Positions 62,155 to 64,000 of a stretch of 64,000 bases of DNA are shown piece after piece. Source of the DNA: Phyllosticta citribraziliensis (Eukaryota); assembly GCF_038025025.1 (NCBI RefSeq), contig NW_027117345.1:62001-126000 (forward strand), in the 5' to 3' direction. Each line of letters opens with the position of its first letter. Position 1 is the first letter of the stretch. The notes beneath the pieces are model-generated. The model worked only from the letters and a program-made list of their open reading frames with translations. It had not been told where the DNA came from and searched no databases. Made by a program: the position numbers and the translations under genes.

Positions 62155-63116
62155 ATGAGTAGCAACATTCAAGAGATCGAAGATTCGATTCAGGAGTTTG
62201 CCCGCCAGGTAACTTGTCTCACTCGCGAGCATCTACGTCACCTGCCTGACTCTCTCTCCAGCTCGAAGAAGTCAATGCCAAGCTCGAGATCCACCCAAGT
62301 GATGCCGGATACCTCGAGTTGAAGACAGAGCTCGAGTCGGGCGTCGACGAGTTGCGCACTCTCCTCGACGAGGAAAAAGCCCGCCTCCCTGCCCCAAAAG
62401 ATCCATCGCCGCCCGTCAAGGAAAAATGGTCGCGCGAGAACCACCCCGCCTTCAAAAAGGCCGCCCCGTCGCCCGCTGATGACGAGTCTTCTGCCCCGCA
62501 GACGTACAAGGTCAACGACACTGTGTTGGCCAAGTGGAAGTCTGGCGACAGGGGCTTCTACCCGGCCAAAATCCTGAGCATCACGGGCTCGTCCACGTCC
62601 CCAACATATCACATAAAGTTCACCCAGTACCCGGACACGGAGAGCCTGGCATCGCATGAAATCAAGCCCTTTGCCAATGACAGGAAGCGCAAAGCTGATG
62701 GCTCACCAGTCATGCCGACGGCGGCTTCAACTCCCCCAAACACCTCGGGTGTCATTTCGGCTGCAGCCAACATCGACCCCGTCCTAGCCAGCCAGGCCCG
62801 AAAGGAGCCCAGCAAGGTCAGCGACGGGCCTGCCCGGCCGGCCAAGATTCCGAAAAAGGTCAAGGCTACCAAGGAACTCGAGCAGAACAAGAGCAAATGG
62901 CAGCAATTCACTCAACAGGGCAAGGGCAAGAAGAAGGAGAGCATGTTTCGTCTGGGAACGAGCGTCAACGCCAGAGGTGAATCTTCCAGTGGCGCTCTTT
63001 ATTGATGTCTGGCTAGGCTAACTCTTGCAGTCGGCTTCACTGGCTCTGGCCAAGAAATGCGCAAGGATCCGACGCGCACCCGTCACATTTACCAGCAGGT
63101 AGATGAAGACAACTGA
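62155..63116 (+). CDS. SPF30: Tudor-domain splicing factor SPF30/SMNDC1-like (284 aa; exons 62155-62208, 62262-62976, 63031-63116)
   Basis: N-terminal helical hairpin; Tudor domain YKVNDTVLAKWKSGDRGFYPAKI...YHIKFTQY; KSKWQQF; SMF...RVGFTGSG formed across the second intron. Confidence 0.9.
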
Positions 63117-63626
63117 ATGCGAAATTCTGGGCAAAGCGGCGCACGGCGTTTCGGGGGACAAGGGGGGCTTGGTCTTGGAGTATTGATCGTGACGAGTATC
63201 CCAAAGCTGAGTTGGGGCAGAGCACTGATACTGATCATCGATTGCAAGACTTAGGGAGAATCCGGCTTGCCTCTACAAGCCTCGATGACCATGTCAGACA
63301 AAGCTTTTGACGGCTCAACCGACGAGAGAGAAAATTGCAACTGTGCTAAGTTTCTTTACCTTTTTGCTTGCTTGCTTGCTTGGTCGCTTGGCTTGTGTTG
63401 ATGACGTCGTCTCCTCCGTTGATGTCCGGGTCTAATGCGCTATGTATTGCTGACAGGTCCTCCGGCTCGACGTATCGTTATGGGCTTCTTGGCCTGTCAT
63501 CCTTGCTGCGTACTGCTAATGTTGCTCTTGCCGCTGCCGAAATGTGACTTACTAACATGGTGCCGCGCAAGCTCAAGCGTGAAGGCAAGATAAGTGTCGA
63601 AAGAAACCAGACCTGACAGTGCGAGC

Positions 63627-63724
63627 GCTTGGGAAGCGTTCATTCGCTACTACAGTCGCGCTCAGGGAGCGTTCATCCATCGCTACAGCCACGCTCCGGG
63701 AGCAGTCGTTCATCGTGCCGCCAT
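63627..63724 (+). repeat. Degenerate 33-bp tandem repeat, about 3 copies
   Basis: Units start at 63627, 63660 and 63693 and share a GCT..GGG(A)AGC...GTTCAT core. Confidence 0.6.
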
Positions 63725-64000
63725 GCCCAGAGTCTTTGTCTTTTGACACCGACCATGACGGGGAACTACATGTACTATGTCATTGGCGGTCTGCGCCGAC
63801 GCGAGCCAACTGATCTGCAGCAGGGTTCCTTCCTTCCTCCTCAACCATCTACAGTTCTGACGTCGCTTAACGTGCTGCCTGCCCGCCAGGTACTTCTGCT
63901 GACTGGCCGCTGACCAACCAAGCTCTCACCCACGCTCGCATGCTCGTAAGCCTTACCAAACCTGCCACAGCAGTAGTTGCTCGGCAATGCCGCATATTGG

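Noticed and set aside
1..64000. Hundreds of 60-350-aa ORFs in the track that overlap real genes or microsatellite spacers (e.g. 34476-35573, 52338-53177, 3967-4611)
   Set aside because: They are antisense or alternate-frame shadows of GC-rich coding DNA, or translations of simple repeats.
1..64000. CRISPR arrays, transposons, rRNA, riboswitches
   Set aside because: No repeat-spacer array, transposase or RT motifs, terminal repeats, AT-rich RIP-like block or TPP aptamer core was seen by eye; an Rfam/RepeatMasker scan would be needed to exclude small ncRNAs.

Overview
Eukaryotic DNA from a filamentous ascomycete (Pezizomycotina). The basis is short GT-AG introns, mostly 47-66 nt, with CTRAC-type branch sites, microsatellite-rich spacers and the gene families present; a plant-associated Dothideomycete is plausible but is inference only. 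I built exon models by hand. In order, the window holds: a low-complexity orphan, a secreted GH29 alpha-L-fucosidase divergent from a PL3 pectate lyase, a mitochondrial 2-oxoglutarate/dicarboxylate carrier, a 1220-aa orphan with five copies of an unrecognised repeat module, a HET-domain gene interrupted by one in-frame TGA, a non-catalytic-looking alpha/beta hydrolase, a DXD (GT32-like) glycosyltransferase, a Tco89-like protein, several orphan ORFs, a Pca1-type P1B heavy-metal ATPase, Rad4/XPC, proteasome alpha3 (PRE9), a WW/FF protein, Yap1 and SPF30. I saw no tRNA, rRNA, CRISPR array or recognisable transposon. The best leads are the HET gene with an internal TGA in a readthrough-like context, its repeat-protein neighbour, a stop-free in-frame intron in the Yap1 redox domain, and an array of GGGF motifs in the Rad4 tail. 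All family calls come from motif recognition, not database searches.
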